Of a DNA stretch of 64,000 nt, positions 38,486-50,812 are shown one piece after another; position 1 is the first letter of the stretch, and the number at the start of each line of letters is the position of its first letter. The DNA is from Octopus sinensis. Its lineage: Eukaryota. The translations under genes and the position numbers were made by a program. The notes under the pieces were generated by a model. That model was not told the origin of the DNA. It saw only the letters and a list, made by a program, of their open reading frames with translations, and did no database searches. The stretch lies in assembly GCF_006345805.1 (NCBI RefSeq), contig NC_043022.1, positions 24,490,001 through 24,554,000 on the forward strand. Reading direction: 5' to 3'.

Positions 38486-38890
38486 CTTTCTTTCCCTTGT
38501 TTCAGTCATTAGACTACAGCCATGCTGGGGCACCATCTTGAAGGATTTTAACCGAATGAATTGATCCCAGTGGTTTTTTAAAAAAATTTTCTAAGCCTGG
38601 TACTTATTCTATCAGTCTCTTCTACTAAACCACTAAATTCCAGGAATGTAAACACATCAACACCAGTTGTCAAGTGGTGGTGGGCGACAAACACAGACAC
38701 ACACACACACACACCCATGCAAATATATACACAATGGACTTCTTTCAGTTTCCATCTACCAAATCCACTCACAACACTTTGGTTGGCCTGGGGCTATTGT
38801 AGAAGGCACTAGCCCAAGGTTCCATGCAGTGGGACTGAACCTGGAACCATGTGGTTGGGAAGCAAATTTCTTACCACACAGACATGCCAG
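38486..38890 (-). mobile_element. Family A SINE, inverted relative to 38020-38378
   Basis: cttgtttcagtcattagact...gtgggactgaacctggaaccatgtgg...ttaccacacag. Confidence 0.88.
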
Positions 38891-38941
38891 CAGCCATATA
38901 CATTTACACAGAGAATGTATGTTTATATATATATATATATA

Positions 38942-39115
38942 TCTGCCGTTACGTTCTGAGTTCAAATTCCGCCGAGGTCGACTTTGCCTTTCATGCTTTC
39001 GGGGTCGATAAATTAAGTACGAGTTACTCACTGGGGTTGATGTAATCGACTTAATCTGTTTGTCTGTCCTTGCTTGTCCCCTCTGTGTTTAGCCCCTTGT
39101 GGGCAATAAAGAAAT
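38942..39115 (+). mobile_element. Family C SINE, 5'-truncated
   Basis: tctgccgttacgttctgagttcaaattccgccgaggtcgac...gccccttgtgggcaataaagaaata. Confidence 0.9.
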
Positions 39116-39918
39116 ATATATATGGGTGTGTGTATGATACTTGCATATACATACCTAAACAGTATCACACCATCTAAACATTTCATACATACAAAACACT
39201 GATGTCTTATATAGATGTGAAAAGACAAGATAAGAAGTGATGGCCACCACTACTTTATGAAGTTAATTAGTCATCTAAATAAAGCTGAGATAGCTATTTG
39301 GATAAAGTATTGGTCTGACTACTCACAGGTCATGAGTTCAAATCCACTGCCAACATCTTGTCACATTTCAGAGCGGAATACTTTAGTCTACATTAACCTC
39401 AGTTCACCCAGCTGTCAGGAATAGGTACCAGATCATCAGGCAGATAATTGTGATAGACTATCCAGGAGGTGGTGTATTTCTCATCTGTAACATCTCCCAC
39501 TGCCAGAATCTTACCCATCCGACCCACCAACCCTGAAATATTAGCCTTCTGTCTCTTCTGACATCAGATTAATGCCTTTGTCTACCGGCCCAGTCACCAA
39601 CACCAACACCAGCAAACTATCTTAGGCTTTATGTCAGGAAGAAAGGAAAGAGAAAGGAGACCTATATACAACTTAACATTTCACTGGCTTACATTAGGGC
39701 TGTGTACACACACACACAAGAAACCATCCATCCATATAATCATCATCACCAGTTTTAAATATATCAGGGGTTTTTTTCCCCATGCTGGTATGGGTTGAAT
39801 GAGAATTATTGAAGCACCAATCAGCAGTCAGGTGCCCATCTTGTCACCAATTCTTATCTGTTTTATAGCTAAGGGATTTTACTAATTCTAATTGGCATCA
39901 CATGTTGAAATCACTAAG

Positions 39919-40240
39919 CTACAGGAAAAATGAGGGTAATTTGGCTGCTACTTCAGGCCGGCTAGTATCAAGCAAACTGATGACCAGCCATGACCATTAC
40001 ACCTGATAATCGGGCATAATGTATCTTGAATAATGTTGTTGGCCTGGTAAGTAAAACACAACTGCAAGTCCCCATCACTGAACTACAGGATATATGAGGG
40101 TGATTTGGCTGCTACTTCAGGCCGGCTAGTATCAAGTAAACTCATGACCAGCCATGGCCATTACACCTGATAATCAGGCATAATGTATCTTGAATAATGT
40201 TGTTGGCCTGGTAAGTAAGACACAGCTGCGAGTCCCCACC
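39919..40240. repeat. Direct tandem duplication, 2 x 164 bp
   Basis: ctacagga starts at 39919 and 40083; units nearly identical. Confidence 0.9.
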
Positions 40241-40563
40241 CCAGCGGAAGAGGTAGGCCTCTCAACCAGTTTCGAATAATTTGACAGCCTATAAGCACTT
40301 GTCTATTATAGACTGGCTATAGAATTAAGCATTGTGACACATAATGGGATGAATGGATGGATAGATTAATAGAGACAGGTGAATAGACATACAGACAGGC
40401 AGGTAAATAAACAGGAAAATAAAGATAATTAGTGATACATAATGAGCCAATCACTGGTTCACTGCATTTCTGATGACAAGCGTGAAAAGAGTGTCAACGC
40501 TTTTTTTTCCCCTTTTTGCGCTGTTTAAATGTTTTGTGACTGTACATTGGTAAAAGGTACACA

Positions 40564-40853
40564 GGCACAGAGGTGGCTTTATGGTAAGAAGTTTGCTGCA
40601 TAACAAAATGGTTCTGGGTTGAATCCCACAGCGTGACATCTTAGGCAAGTTTCTCTTAACAAAGACCCAAGCTGTCCAAAGCCTTATGAGTGTATTTGTT
40701 AGATGGAAACTGAAGAAGCCCATTGTGTGTGTAGGATGTGCAAATCTTAGTGTTTATCTTCACCACCACCTTCACTGCTTGACAACTGGTGATGCTTTGT
40801 TTACATCCCCATAACCTAGTGGTATGACATAAAAGTTTGATCGAATAAGTACT
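40564..40853 (+). mobile_element. Family A SINE, 3' end replaced by a B2 insertion
   Basis: ggcacagaggtggctttatggtaag...gttctgggttgaatccc...gaataagtact then an abrupt switch. Confidence 0.78.
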
Positions 40854-41195
40854 GGGAGAAGTCCGAAATGTGGTCCTTTGCTATTCGTAAGACCTGCAGA
40901 AGAGAAAGCAGGTCAACCCCCGACACCGAGAGCATCGACGGATGGATGAATGCGCATCCAGGCTCAGCGGTTGCGTAGGAAGTCGGGGACAAGAAACAGG
41001 AAGAAAGAGTGAGAGAAAGTTGGAGTGAAAGAGTACAACAGGGGTTGCCACCCCACCCCACCCCCTGCCGGAGCCTCGTAGAGCTTTTAGGTGTTTTCGC
41101 TCAATAAACACACACAACACCCGGTCTGGGAATCGAAACCGCAATCCTCCGACCGCGAGTCCGCTGCCCTAACCATTGGACCATTGCGCCTCCAC
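40854..41195 (-). mobile_element. Family B2 SINE with tail type 3 (highly structured)
   Basis: Head GTGGAGGCGCAATGGTCCAATGGTTAGGGCAGCGGACTCGCGG...GGTTTCGATTCCCAGACC matches 22331-22636 up to ctctcactctttcttc, then diverges. Confidence 0.88.
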
Positions 41196-42030
41196 TTGCT
41201 GTTTCTGTTGTTAGTGAGGTAGTTTTTATCTGTTTGCTGTGGTGTGCTGCGGGGGTTGTGGTATTTAATTGGATCTCGACTGTGCTGTGTATGTATGTAC
41301 TGTGATTTTGCACTATAATACCGGGTGGTAATTGCATGGAAATATAGAGTTGTGTGGGTTGTTGTGGCGATTGTGTAGTCTACGTGTTGTGTGGGTTGTG
41401 TTCTTGCTTGTTGTTTGTTTATGTGGGAACCTGAAAAACTGTCAATGGAGGGAGAGAGAGAGAGAGAATGGGGGAGAGAGAGTGTGTGTGAGTGTAGGTG
41501 GATTATAATTAACATCTCAGGTTTTAACAAAGGAGAAGGTCAAGATTAAAAGATAGCGATTAAGAAGGTGCTATATAATAAGATTACGAAGAAAGTGTGA
41601 GAAGAAAGGAAAATATAATGATGGTGTGTGCTCACAGCTACAATCACCTGTGAAGAGGAATATATATATATATATATAAATATATAAAAGAGGAAGTTGT
41701 GATGTGAAGTAATAGTTTTATAGCAGCAGAAGGTGTGGTATGAAGGAGAAACAAGTGAAATGTTTAGATTTAGGAAATAAAAATATCACAGAAAGTGTTT
41801 CAATGTAACATTCAACTGTTGTTACTGCTGTCTGTTATTATTGTTTGGCTAAGAGCTATGGCACCAGAACAGGTCACAGGCTTCAGTAGATTTATAGCAG
41901 CAGTGACTACAATTTACAAAAAAAAAGGAAAAGAAAATCATGTCTATATTTTATGAGGAACCCTTGGGACCTTAATTTAAATATGATAATAAATGGAACA
42001 AAAATAGCTTTTTAAAGAGAGAGAGTATAT

Positions 42031-42452
42031 TCTCTTTTGCTCTTTTACTTGTTTCAGTCATTTGACTGTGGTCATGCTGGAGCACCGCCTTTAGTCGAGC
42101 AAATCGATCCCAGGACTTATTCTTTGTAAGCCTAGTACTTATTCTATCAGTCTCTATTTCCGAACTGCTAAGTTCCGAGAACGTAAACACACCAGGATCG
42201 GATGTCAAGAGATGTTGGGGAAGGGGGACAAACACAGACACACAAACATACACACACATACATATATGTATGTGTACATATATACAACGAGCTTCTTTCA
42301 GTTTCTGTCTACCAAATCCACTCACAAGGCTTTGGTCGGCCCAAGGCTATAGTAGAAGACATTTGCCCAAGGCGTCATGCAGTGGGGCTGAACCAGGAAC
42401 TATGTGGTTCATAAGAAAAGCTACTTACCACACAGCCACTCACTCCTACACC
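42031..42452 (-). mobile_element. Family A SINE, full-length
   Basis: Colinear reverse complement of 8007-8391; a second A tail follows at 42466-42560. Confidence 0.9.
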
Positions 42453-42915
42453 TATTCAAAAACTTTATCTTTTACCTGTTTCAGTCATTACACTGTGACC
42501 ATGCTGGGGCACTGCCTTAAAGAATTTTTAGTCAAATGAATTAACCCCAGTACTTTTTTCCCTAAGCTCTTCTTCGGAAACAGGAGACATGGGAAAGTCC
42601 AAAAGAATAAGAAGAAGGAGGGAAAAAAATCGCCAACAGTCCATATATAAGACATTGCAAAGATAATGGTCATTATATACTTTTCTTTATTGTAGTAAAT
42701 TTGACTGACAGCTGTTTCTAGTAGTCATTATAGCTTAGTCATTAATAGGTTTACTCAATCAGCCCATTGACCTGTTGAGAAAAATTGAATAACCTAGAAA
42801 ATGAATGCTACTTTTTTGTCAGAGTCGTTTTTGATTATAAATGAGGTTCTTTAAGAATCTAAGCAATACTGAAATCAAGTTGCAGCCGTTATGTGTGTAT
42901 GTATGTATACAGACA

Positions 42916-43430
42916 GTGGAAGCATGTGGTTTAGTAGTTAGGGAATATTCCACACACAATCATAAGGTTGTGAGTTCAATCTCTGGCAATGTATTGTGTC
43001 CTTGAGCAAGACACTTTTTACGCGCTGCCCCAGTCCACTCAGTTGCCAAAAATGAGATGTACCTGTATTTCAAAGGGTCGGACATGTCACATTCTGTCAT
43101 GTTGAATCTCCATGAGAACTACGATAACCCTTTAGTGTTCACATTATTCTGCCAAAGTTAATCCTTTTTAATCCACATTGTTTTGAACTAATCATGCATT
43201 ATCTTGTAGCTATGAGATTTTGATGAGGTAGCTGTTAATCTTTAAAACGATATTGTAGGGTTGGTGTGAGAGACCAGATCTGGCCAGTTTGAACATAAAA
43301 CAGGCAGAATACTTATGGCCGGTTTAAATGCTAAAGGGTTAAGGGTACATGTGTCTGTGGAGTACTCAGCCACTTGCACTTTAATTTCATGAGCTGGCTG
43401 TTCCATTAATTGGCGTTGTCATAACTGATG
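42916..43430 (+). mobile_element. Family G tRNA-derived SINE interrupted by a family F MITE
   Basis: gtggaagcatgtggtttagtagttaggg...gagttcaatctc...gtgtccttgagcaagacac...gagaactacg [MITE] ttaagggtacatgtgtctgtggagtactcagccac. Confidence 0.72.
43124..43342 (+). mobile_element. Family F MITE
   Basis: ataaccctttagtgttcac ... tttaaatgctaaagggttaa; near-identical to 24568-24796. Confidence 0.88.
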
Positions 43431-44033
43431 GAGAGCTAGTAAACAAGCATAAGCAGACATGCTTGTTGATGTGTCTGTCTGTATATACGGAAAGAGACAG
43501 ACAGACAGAACAGAAAGATCGTGGCCTAAAGAAGACAACTGACAACCATCAATGTTTCCAACAAAACAGTGAAGCTAGCCAAAGGGAAGGAGGGCGAGCC
43601 GAGACAGAGAACAAATCTGAAATCTCAAGTAGAAGAAAAAAAATCTAAGAAGCTAATTGAAGACTGGCAGAAGCAGAGAAGGAAAGACGTGAAAGTGCAT
43701 CACAAGTCGTATTTAGCCAGACGGAGAGCAAGCGGAGAGCGGTGAGAAGGGAAGTATTTGGGGGAGAGCAGGGGCAGGGAGGGGGGAGAAAGGCAAAAGG
43801 TGTGACATTTATTAGCTGAACCATGTGAGTTATGAGATGAAATACTTGTATGTAGAGTATAGAAAAGTACACACATGTAGATGTATATATATATATTGAT
43901 TTGGGGGAAATAAAAAAGAATGGAAGAGTTGATATCAATACAAGAGTAAAAGAAGGAAGGAGAAATATTGGGGAAAAAAAAAAGAAAAAGAAAAAGAAAC
44001 AAAACTGTATCAAGTAAAGCTATATTATTGATA

Positions 44034-44310
44034 GTGGAGGCACATGGCCTAGTGGTTAGAGCAGCAAACTCGCAGTCGAGGGACTGCGGGTTCGAATCTC
44101 AGACCGGGCGATGCGTGTGTTTATGAGCGAAACACCTAAGCTCCACGCGGCTCCAGCAGAAGGTAATGGCGAAACTTCTGCTGACTCTTTCACCACAAAT
44201 TTCTCTCACTCTTTCCTCCTGCATCTTGCAGCTCACCTGCAACGGACCGGTGTCCCGTCCAGGTGGGGAACCTATATGCCAAGAAACTGGGAAACCAGCC
44301 CTTATGAGCC
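44034..44310 (+). mobile_element. Family B SINE lacking the last ~25 nt
   Basis: Reverse complement of 4411-4723 up to cccttatgagcc. Confidence 0.9.
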
Positions 44311-44877
44311 ACGCTTTGCGGTATTTCGTCTGCCGTTACGTTGTGAGTTCAAATTTCGCCAAGGTCGACTTTGCCTTTCATCCTTTCGGGGTCGATTAAA
44401 TAAGTACCAGTTACGCACTGGGGTCGATGTAATCAACTTAATCCATTTGTCTGTCCTTGTTTGTCCTCTCCGTGTTTAGCCCCTTGTGGGTAGTTTGCAG
44501 CAGGGTGAAATGCGTGGTGATATTTCATCCGTCCTTACAGCATCCGTTCAAATTCTGCCGAGGCCAATTTTTGCCTTTCATAATTTTGGGGTCAATAAAA
44601 TAAATAGCAAAGGTAAAGAAATAGGTTTGATGAGCCTGCTCTGCCACACTGGCTCAACATGGCTTGGCAGAAGGGTGCAGTCTTTATACTCTTACCCAGA
44701 GGTAGTAGAGTTTATCACATCGACCCCAGTGGTCAACTGGTATTTATTTTATCGACTCCAAAAGTATGAAAGGCAAAACTGGCCTCAGCAGAATTTGAAC
44801 TGATGCCGTAAGGACGGATGAATTATCACCACGCATTTCGCCCAGCTGCAAACAATTCTGCCATCTTGCCGCCTTAT
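44311..44877. mobile_element. Cluster of family C copies: plus 44311-44490, plus fragment 44491-44605, minus 44625-44877 with tail J
   Basis: C core repeated three times; 44627-44705 is the reverse complement of 53125-53210. Confidence 0.8.
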
Positions 44878-45466
44878 CTTATACAAAATTAAATTTTACG
44901 AAACAAAGAAAAGAAAAAAAGTGAAAGCCTCTTTCCAGTTTGGTATCCATAGCCATGCTGCTGCTTTCTGCCAATGTTGTCAAGTGATCACTAATTATAT
45001 GTGGTGTGTAACAACTGTCAGGTAGTGAGTTGTAAGCGACTACAATTAAGTTGGCAATGGCAAAGCCGACTTTGGCCCATCTCCACAACATTAACTAACA
45101 AAATGAGATTTAAATACTCCAGCAAAAACTACTTGAGTCAACCAGAGCAGCATAGGGATGGGCTGGCGGTGGGGTGATGGTGCACTTTGGCCTTAAGTTT
45201 GCACCCATCATGATACATCTCATAGCTATGTCTCCTTCCCTCCTTCTCTCTGAAACTAATTAAATTGTAGTTTTGTGTTGTCACCTAAGCTATGAAGAGG
45301 TCCTCTACATAGTTGCTAAGTTTGCTAGAAAGTGCAGGCCAAATAATCTTCAAATTAACACACGATCATCTTAAAAATGAAGGATACATGAATCAAGGTA
45401 GTCCGAGATGCAAAAATAGACAAGATAAGTTACAGGTCCACTAGATCAGGACTGACTTGGGACTCT

Positions 45467-45657
45467 CATCATCATCATTTAACGTCCACTTTCCATGCTA
45501 GCATGGGTTGGACAATTTGACTGAGGCTGCACCAGACTCCAGTCTGATGGCTGCACCAGACTCCAGTCTGATCTGGCAGTTTCTACAGCTGGATACCCTT
45601 GCTAACGCCAACCACTCTGATAGTGTAGTTGGTGCTTTTACGTGCCACCAGCACTGT
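45467..45657 (-). mobile_element. Family D copy, short, with a small internal duplication (ggctgcaccagactccagtctgat x2)
   Basis: catcatcatcatttaacgtccactttccatgctagcatgggttgg...ggataccct. Confidence 0.82.
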
Positions 45658-45910
45658 GCCTCTTAAAAAAAAATTATTGGCGGCACCAGCAATAGTAGTA
45701 GTAGCAGCAGTTTAGTCTTGCCCAGATACACCTAAGAACAACTGTTCTGTGAGTTCCAGATGTGACCAACACATCTTATGTATGTATCTGAGGCCATGCA
45801 CTTCAACATAGACTTCTGTTTCACATACCGGAAAAGGTATTACTTGTAGGAGACTTGGCTGCTATTTTTACCATGGAAAGCCAACCACTGTAGAGACATA
45901 CTCCTGGTCT

Positions 45911-46308
45911 CTCTTTACTCTTTTACTTGTTTCAGTCATTTGACTGCGGCCATGCTGGAGCACCGCCTTTTAGTCAAGCAAATCGACCCCAGGACTTATT
46001 CTTTGTAAGCCAAGTACTTATTCTATCGGTCTCTTTTGCCGAACCGCTAAGTAATGGGGACGTAAACACACCAGAATCAGTTGTCAAGCGATGTTGGGGG
46101 GACAAACACAGACACACAAACACACACATACATATATATATATACGACAGGCTTCTTTCAGTTTCCGTCTACCAAATCCACTCACAAGGCTTTGGTTGGC
46201 TTGAGGCTATAGAAGAAGACACTTGCCCAAGGTGCCACATAGTGGGACTGAACCCGGGAACCGTGTGGTTGGTAAGCAAGCTACTTACCACACAGCCACT
46301 CCTGCGTC
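45911..46308 (-). mobile_element. Family A SINE, full-length young
   Basis: Near-identical reverse complement of 8007-8391. Confidence 0.93.
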
Positions 46309-46886
46309 TCTTCATGGAAACAAAACAAAAAACAAAAACCGACAAATCGAAACAAAACAAAAAAAAAAAGCCATCATGTTAAACAAAGATGTGATTTCCA
46401 ATAATGTCCAATTCTAATGCAGCTTCCCAACAAAACTGATACTGTGTTATCAAAATAATTTCATAGACTTTTATTTAGTTTGTTGTTTTCTTTTTTTTGT
46501 TTTTTATTCACTTGAAAGCTTCTTGCCATATTGATTCTTTTGAGCTTCAGCCTGAACAATACATCACACATGATACACCACCACCACCACCACCACCACT
46601 GCCGCCACCACCACCACCACCACTGAGAAGAAGAAAACAGTCTCTCTTTCTCTCTCTCTCTCTCTCCAGTTACCATCTCACAATCTATTTGCTTTTTTTT
46701 TGTTTTTTTTCCTTCTTACACATGCATACATATAACCACCCATCCAAACCCCCCAGCTCAACTGCTCACTAATATAACAACAACAAAATATAAGCCCAAC
46801 ATCACATTAACAGCCATAAAGCCATTAAACATTAGATGTGTGTGATGGAAAGAGAGGAAGGGTGAGAGAGAGAGAGCTAGAAAGAG

Positions 46887-46925
<39 letters not shown>

Positions 46926-47187
46926 AAATTCCATACACAGCTTCCCCCCACCTCGATCTCTGAAGCCAGACAGCTGGAGCTGATATCCCTCCCTCCACCA
47001 GCTCTCTCTCATGTGTGTGTGTGTGTGTGTGTGTGTGTCTCTCTCTCTCTCTCTCTCTGGTTTTCCTTCTCTTATGCTCTCTGTTTTAACACTCTTCTTT
47101 ACCCTCACCCCAGATCTTATAACCACGCAGCCCCACCCCATCCAGGCCTTAGCAAGATGAGGATGGAGGATGGTGACAATAGAATAT

Positions 47188-47229
<42 letters not shown>

Positions 47230-47590
47230 GTATGACCTATGGCATATAGAAAGACAATCAAACACATCCCTACCCTAACCAACCCACACACTCATCTGAA
47301 GAAGCAACCACCAACAGGGGTATAAATAATAAATAGTTATTCATGGCCAAAAATTAACCACCCCTGGAAAGGGGTGAGGTAAAACTGGAAGTGGGGAGCC
47401 ATGCCTTACAATATTTAGTTTTTGTTCTTCCTTCAGACTCTCAGTTCATCCCAATCCTGCTATTTACTCAGTCTTTCACCCATCTAGGGTTGCTGTTGCT
47501 GTTTAGCCCCAGGTCAACCCTGAGTGAGTAGTCCTAAGAGGAAAGCACTTTCAGCTAGGATCATTTTTTAAAGAATCTTTTATCAGCTAC

Positions 47591-47981
47591 TTACTCTTTA
47601 CTCTTTTACTTGTTTCAGTCATTTGACTGCGGCCATGCTGGAGCACCGCCTTTAGTCATGCAAATCGACCCCGGGACTTATTCTTTGTAAGCCCAGTACT
47701 TGTTCTATCGGTCTCTTTTTGCTGAACCGCTAAGTGACGGGGACGTAAACACACCAGCATCGTTTGTCAAGCAATGCTAGGTGGACAAACACAGACACAC
47801 ATATATATACATATATACGACGGGCTTCTTTCAGTTTCCATCTACCAAATCCACTCACAAGGCTTTGGTCAGCCCAAGACTACAGTAGAAAGACACTTGT
47901 CCAAGGTGCCATGCAGTGGGACTGAACCTGGAACCATGTGGCTGGGATGCAAACTTCTCACCACACAACCACACCTGTGCC
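47591..47981 (-). mobile_element. Family A SINE, full-length
   Basis: Same as 45911-46308. Confidence 0.92.
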
Positions 47982-48354
47982 TTCATTGCATATTTCTGTT
48001 TACCAGGAACCACATTGTCTAATGCAGTATCTGATTTAAGGGACATTTAGCTGCTATTTTTACCAAGCCGAGTATCCATGTAGAGACTCCTTGTAGGTTT
48101 GTAGACAGAATGAAGTTAAGTCTTTCACTCAGCGAAGAAAACACTAAATTGGTGATTTTGGTTGGACTTTCTTTTTGTTGCTTTTTTGCTTCTTTCTTTG
48201 AAGGAACATTCTTTGAGAGTTCATTCATTTCATACTTGCTCACTGGTTAACTATTAATTAACACTATTAAAGCTATTAATTAGAAGTAGAAGACAACAAT
48301 CACCCTGTACAGTGAATATCAATTGTACTTTAAGGCTAGTGGTGTTCTTTTAGA

Positions 48355-48805
48355 GGAGAGAGGAGGAAGAGGAGGAGGAAGACAAGGTGGGAGAGGAAGA
48401 AGTAGAGGAGGGAGAGAAGAGGAAGGAGGCAGAGAAGGGGAGGAAGAGGGGAAGAAGAGGTGGGGAAGGAAGAAGCAGAGGGGGAGATGAGGAAGAGAAG
48501 GGGGAGGAGGAAGAGAAGGGAGATGCGGAAGTGGAGGAGAAAGAGAACGGAGATGAGGAAGAGGAGGAGGGAGATGAGAAAGAGGATGAAGAAGAGAATG
48601 GAGATAAGGAAGAGGAGGAGGAAGAAGAGAAGAGAGATGATGAGTAGGCAGAAGTGGAGAGGAGAAAGAAGGAGGAAGAGGAAGGGGAGAAGGGAGATGA
48701 TGATGAGGAAGAAGAGGAGAGAAGGGAGATAAGTAGGAGGATGAGGAAGAAGAGAAGGAGAGGGGAGAAGAGGAGGAAGAGGGAGATGAGGATGAGGAAG
48801 AGAAT
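48355..48805 (+). repeat. Polypurine (GA-rich) tract, ~450 bp
   Basis: Almost pyrimidine-free gagga/gaaga repeats; source of the E/R/K- and S/P/L-rich ORFs. Confidence 0.92.
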
Positions 48806-49707
48806 ACTGAAAGGCAACCATAAAAATCTGCAAGTTGAAGTACCAACGTCTAGGAAGACTGTTTAGCAAAGAAAGACAACAACAAACAACAACCAATATT
48901 TATTAAATGATGAATGGAAAAGCAAAGTTGATGTCCTTTGATGAAACCACACCAGCAAGAGAGACAGCCTGCAGTTAGAAATAAATTTAAAACAAGACCT
49001 CTCTTTCTCTCTCCCTCCGTCTCTTATATATACTGACAACCAAATGAACTAGTTATTTTCTAGCTAAGTCAACTAAACGGAAAATTTGTCTTCAAAAACT
49101 ATATCATCAGCTATCTTTATATACTGATGGCCAAATTGCCAGACATCTTTCTCTCGTAGACACTCGGTATTCTCAGGAAGTGACTAAACACACATGAATA
49201 TGTAATTAATAACCAGAAAGATCTCAGATTATGCTCACTAATATTTTTTTTTTTTTCTCTTTTTTGCTTTTGTTTATTTATTTTAGTAAATTTCAATAGT
49301 GCTGGCAATCAATAACAGACAGCTTGAAGTGATGGGCGAGGGGGGAGGGGCGGATGGGTTGTTGTTGTTGACGAAAAACAAAACAAATCAGAATAAACCA
49401 CATCAGTGGTATCGGAAGAAGCAAAGGATGGAAAATTTACATTTAAAATGATGCTAGGAGCAATGGAAAATCAGTCCAGTCAGAATAATTGCAATTTGGC
49501 TGGCATTCTGTCTCTTTCCATTGCTTTTTTAAAAATTCTAAACACTACAAACACATATATATATATCTACATTGTGTGTGTGTGTATGTGTGCATATATA
49601 TTTATATATATATTATATATATATATAATATATATATAATTATATATATATGAATAAATGAAAGAATGGAGTCGAACGAAGATGTTAACAAAATTCCTTT
49701 ACTCTCG

Positions 49708-49748
<41 letters not shown>

Positions 49749-50548
49749 CATACATACATACATACATACACAAATATGTATGTGTGTCTGCATATATATA
49801 TGATATATCTACACACACAAGTATATATGTATGTATCTATATGTATATGTGTGTGTGTGTGTGTGTGTTTACTATAAACACACATCTATGTGTCTATGTA
49901 AGTATATATTGGCAATTAAATTTTAAGGTTGATCTGGTTTTTATCAAATATTATCTCTATGAAAACAAAAAAAAAAGCTTTGGCCAGAAGACTAAAGGAA
50001 AAACAAAAAAAGTGATTTAAAGAGGGGATGACTAGAAGATTAGAAGAGTGTCTCAAGAGCTAAAGCTTAGTGGTATATATATATTGATTGACACACAACA
50101 TGCTTAAAATGGATATTACACTATCATCCACCAGCGCTGTAATAAAATCAAAGATTGTTTGATGACTGCTGCCATATCAGCATCTAATATTACCAACCAT
50201 TTTAAACGTAGTTTACACCTTAACACACTTAAATCCACTTCATTAAGTAATTTTCCATTCCACTTCAGTTTTAGTAGATTTCTGACTGTTTTTGAAACCT
50301 TATCTAGCTAGAAGCTTTGTAAACTACTTTAGTCGAACAGAAAACTTTCAGACGATCACTGGTATAATTAGCAAGGAACGTACAAGAGCAAGGAATTATT
50401 TCAAAGCTGAAATGAAAAGGGGAAAAGTAATTCGCATAAAAGAACTTCGGAATCCCATTAGCTGCAATGATAATCATAACAGTAATGAAGTGTAGAAGGC
50501 AGTCAAGTTATTCCTATGACAGTAACTGAATGTTTAGTTAATTAATTT

Positions 50549-50580
50549 ACTCACCTGTAAACGACAGAGGCACAGTAACA
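50549..50580 (-). promoter_or_regulatory. Abutting 3' and 5' splice-site consensus (candidate recursive splice site)
   Basis: Minus strand TGTTACTGTGCCTCTGTCGTTTACAG|GTGAGT, junction 50555/50554. Confidence 0.4.
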
Positions 50581-50812
50581 GTAGTATAGCCTCCCCACCA
50601 CCCAACCAACATAATTACAGCACAGAACACACTTCTACACAATTAAAGACTGATTTAATTTGAACAGACTGCCAGCAAGAGAAATAAAAGTTACTAATAT
50701 ATCAAGTCACTTGACAACACAACTAACGCTGTAGAATATACTGTATATAATCAATAGTTGATATACACACAACAGATACGATATTGTCCCTAAATATTAC
50801 TGGTATATTGAA

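Noticed and set aside
39515-39532. 18-nt minus-strand microexon candidate (ttcag|GGTTGGTGGGTCGGATGG|gtaag)
   Set aside because: The upstream tract is purine-rich and longer versions have stops in all frames, so chance is likely.
43530-43745. K/R-rich open frame without ATG (…EEKKSKKLIEDWQKQRRKDVK…)
   Set aside because: Explained by purine-rich composition; no convincing splice sites or homology.
48063-48242. Minus-strand exon candidate (SKYEMNELSKNVPSKKEAKKQQKESPTK)
   Set aside because: Weak acceptor, no good donor before it runs into a family I repeat, and no recognised homology.
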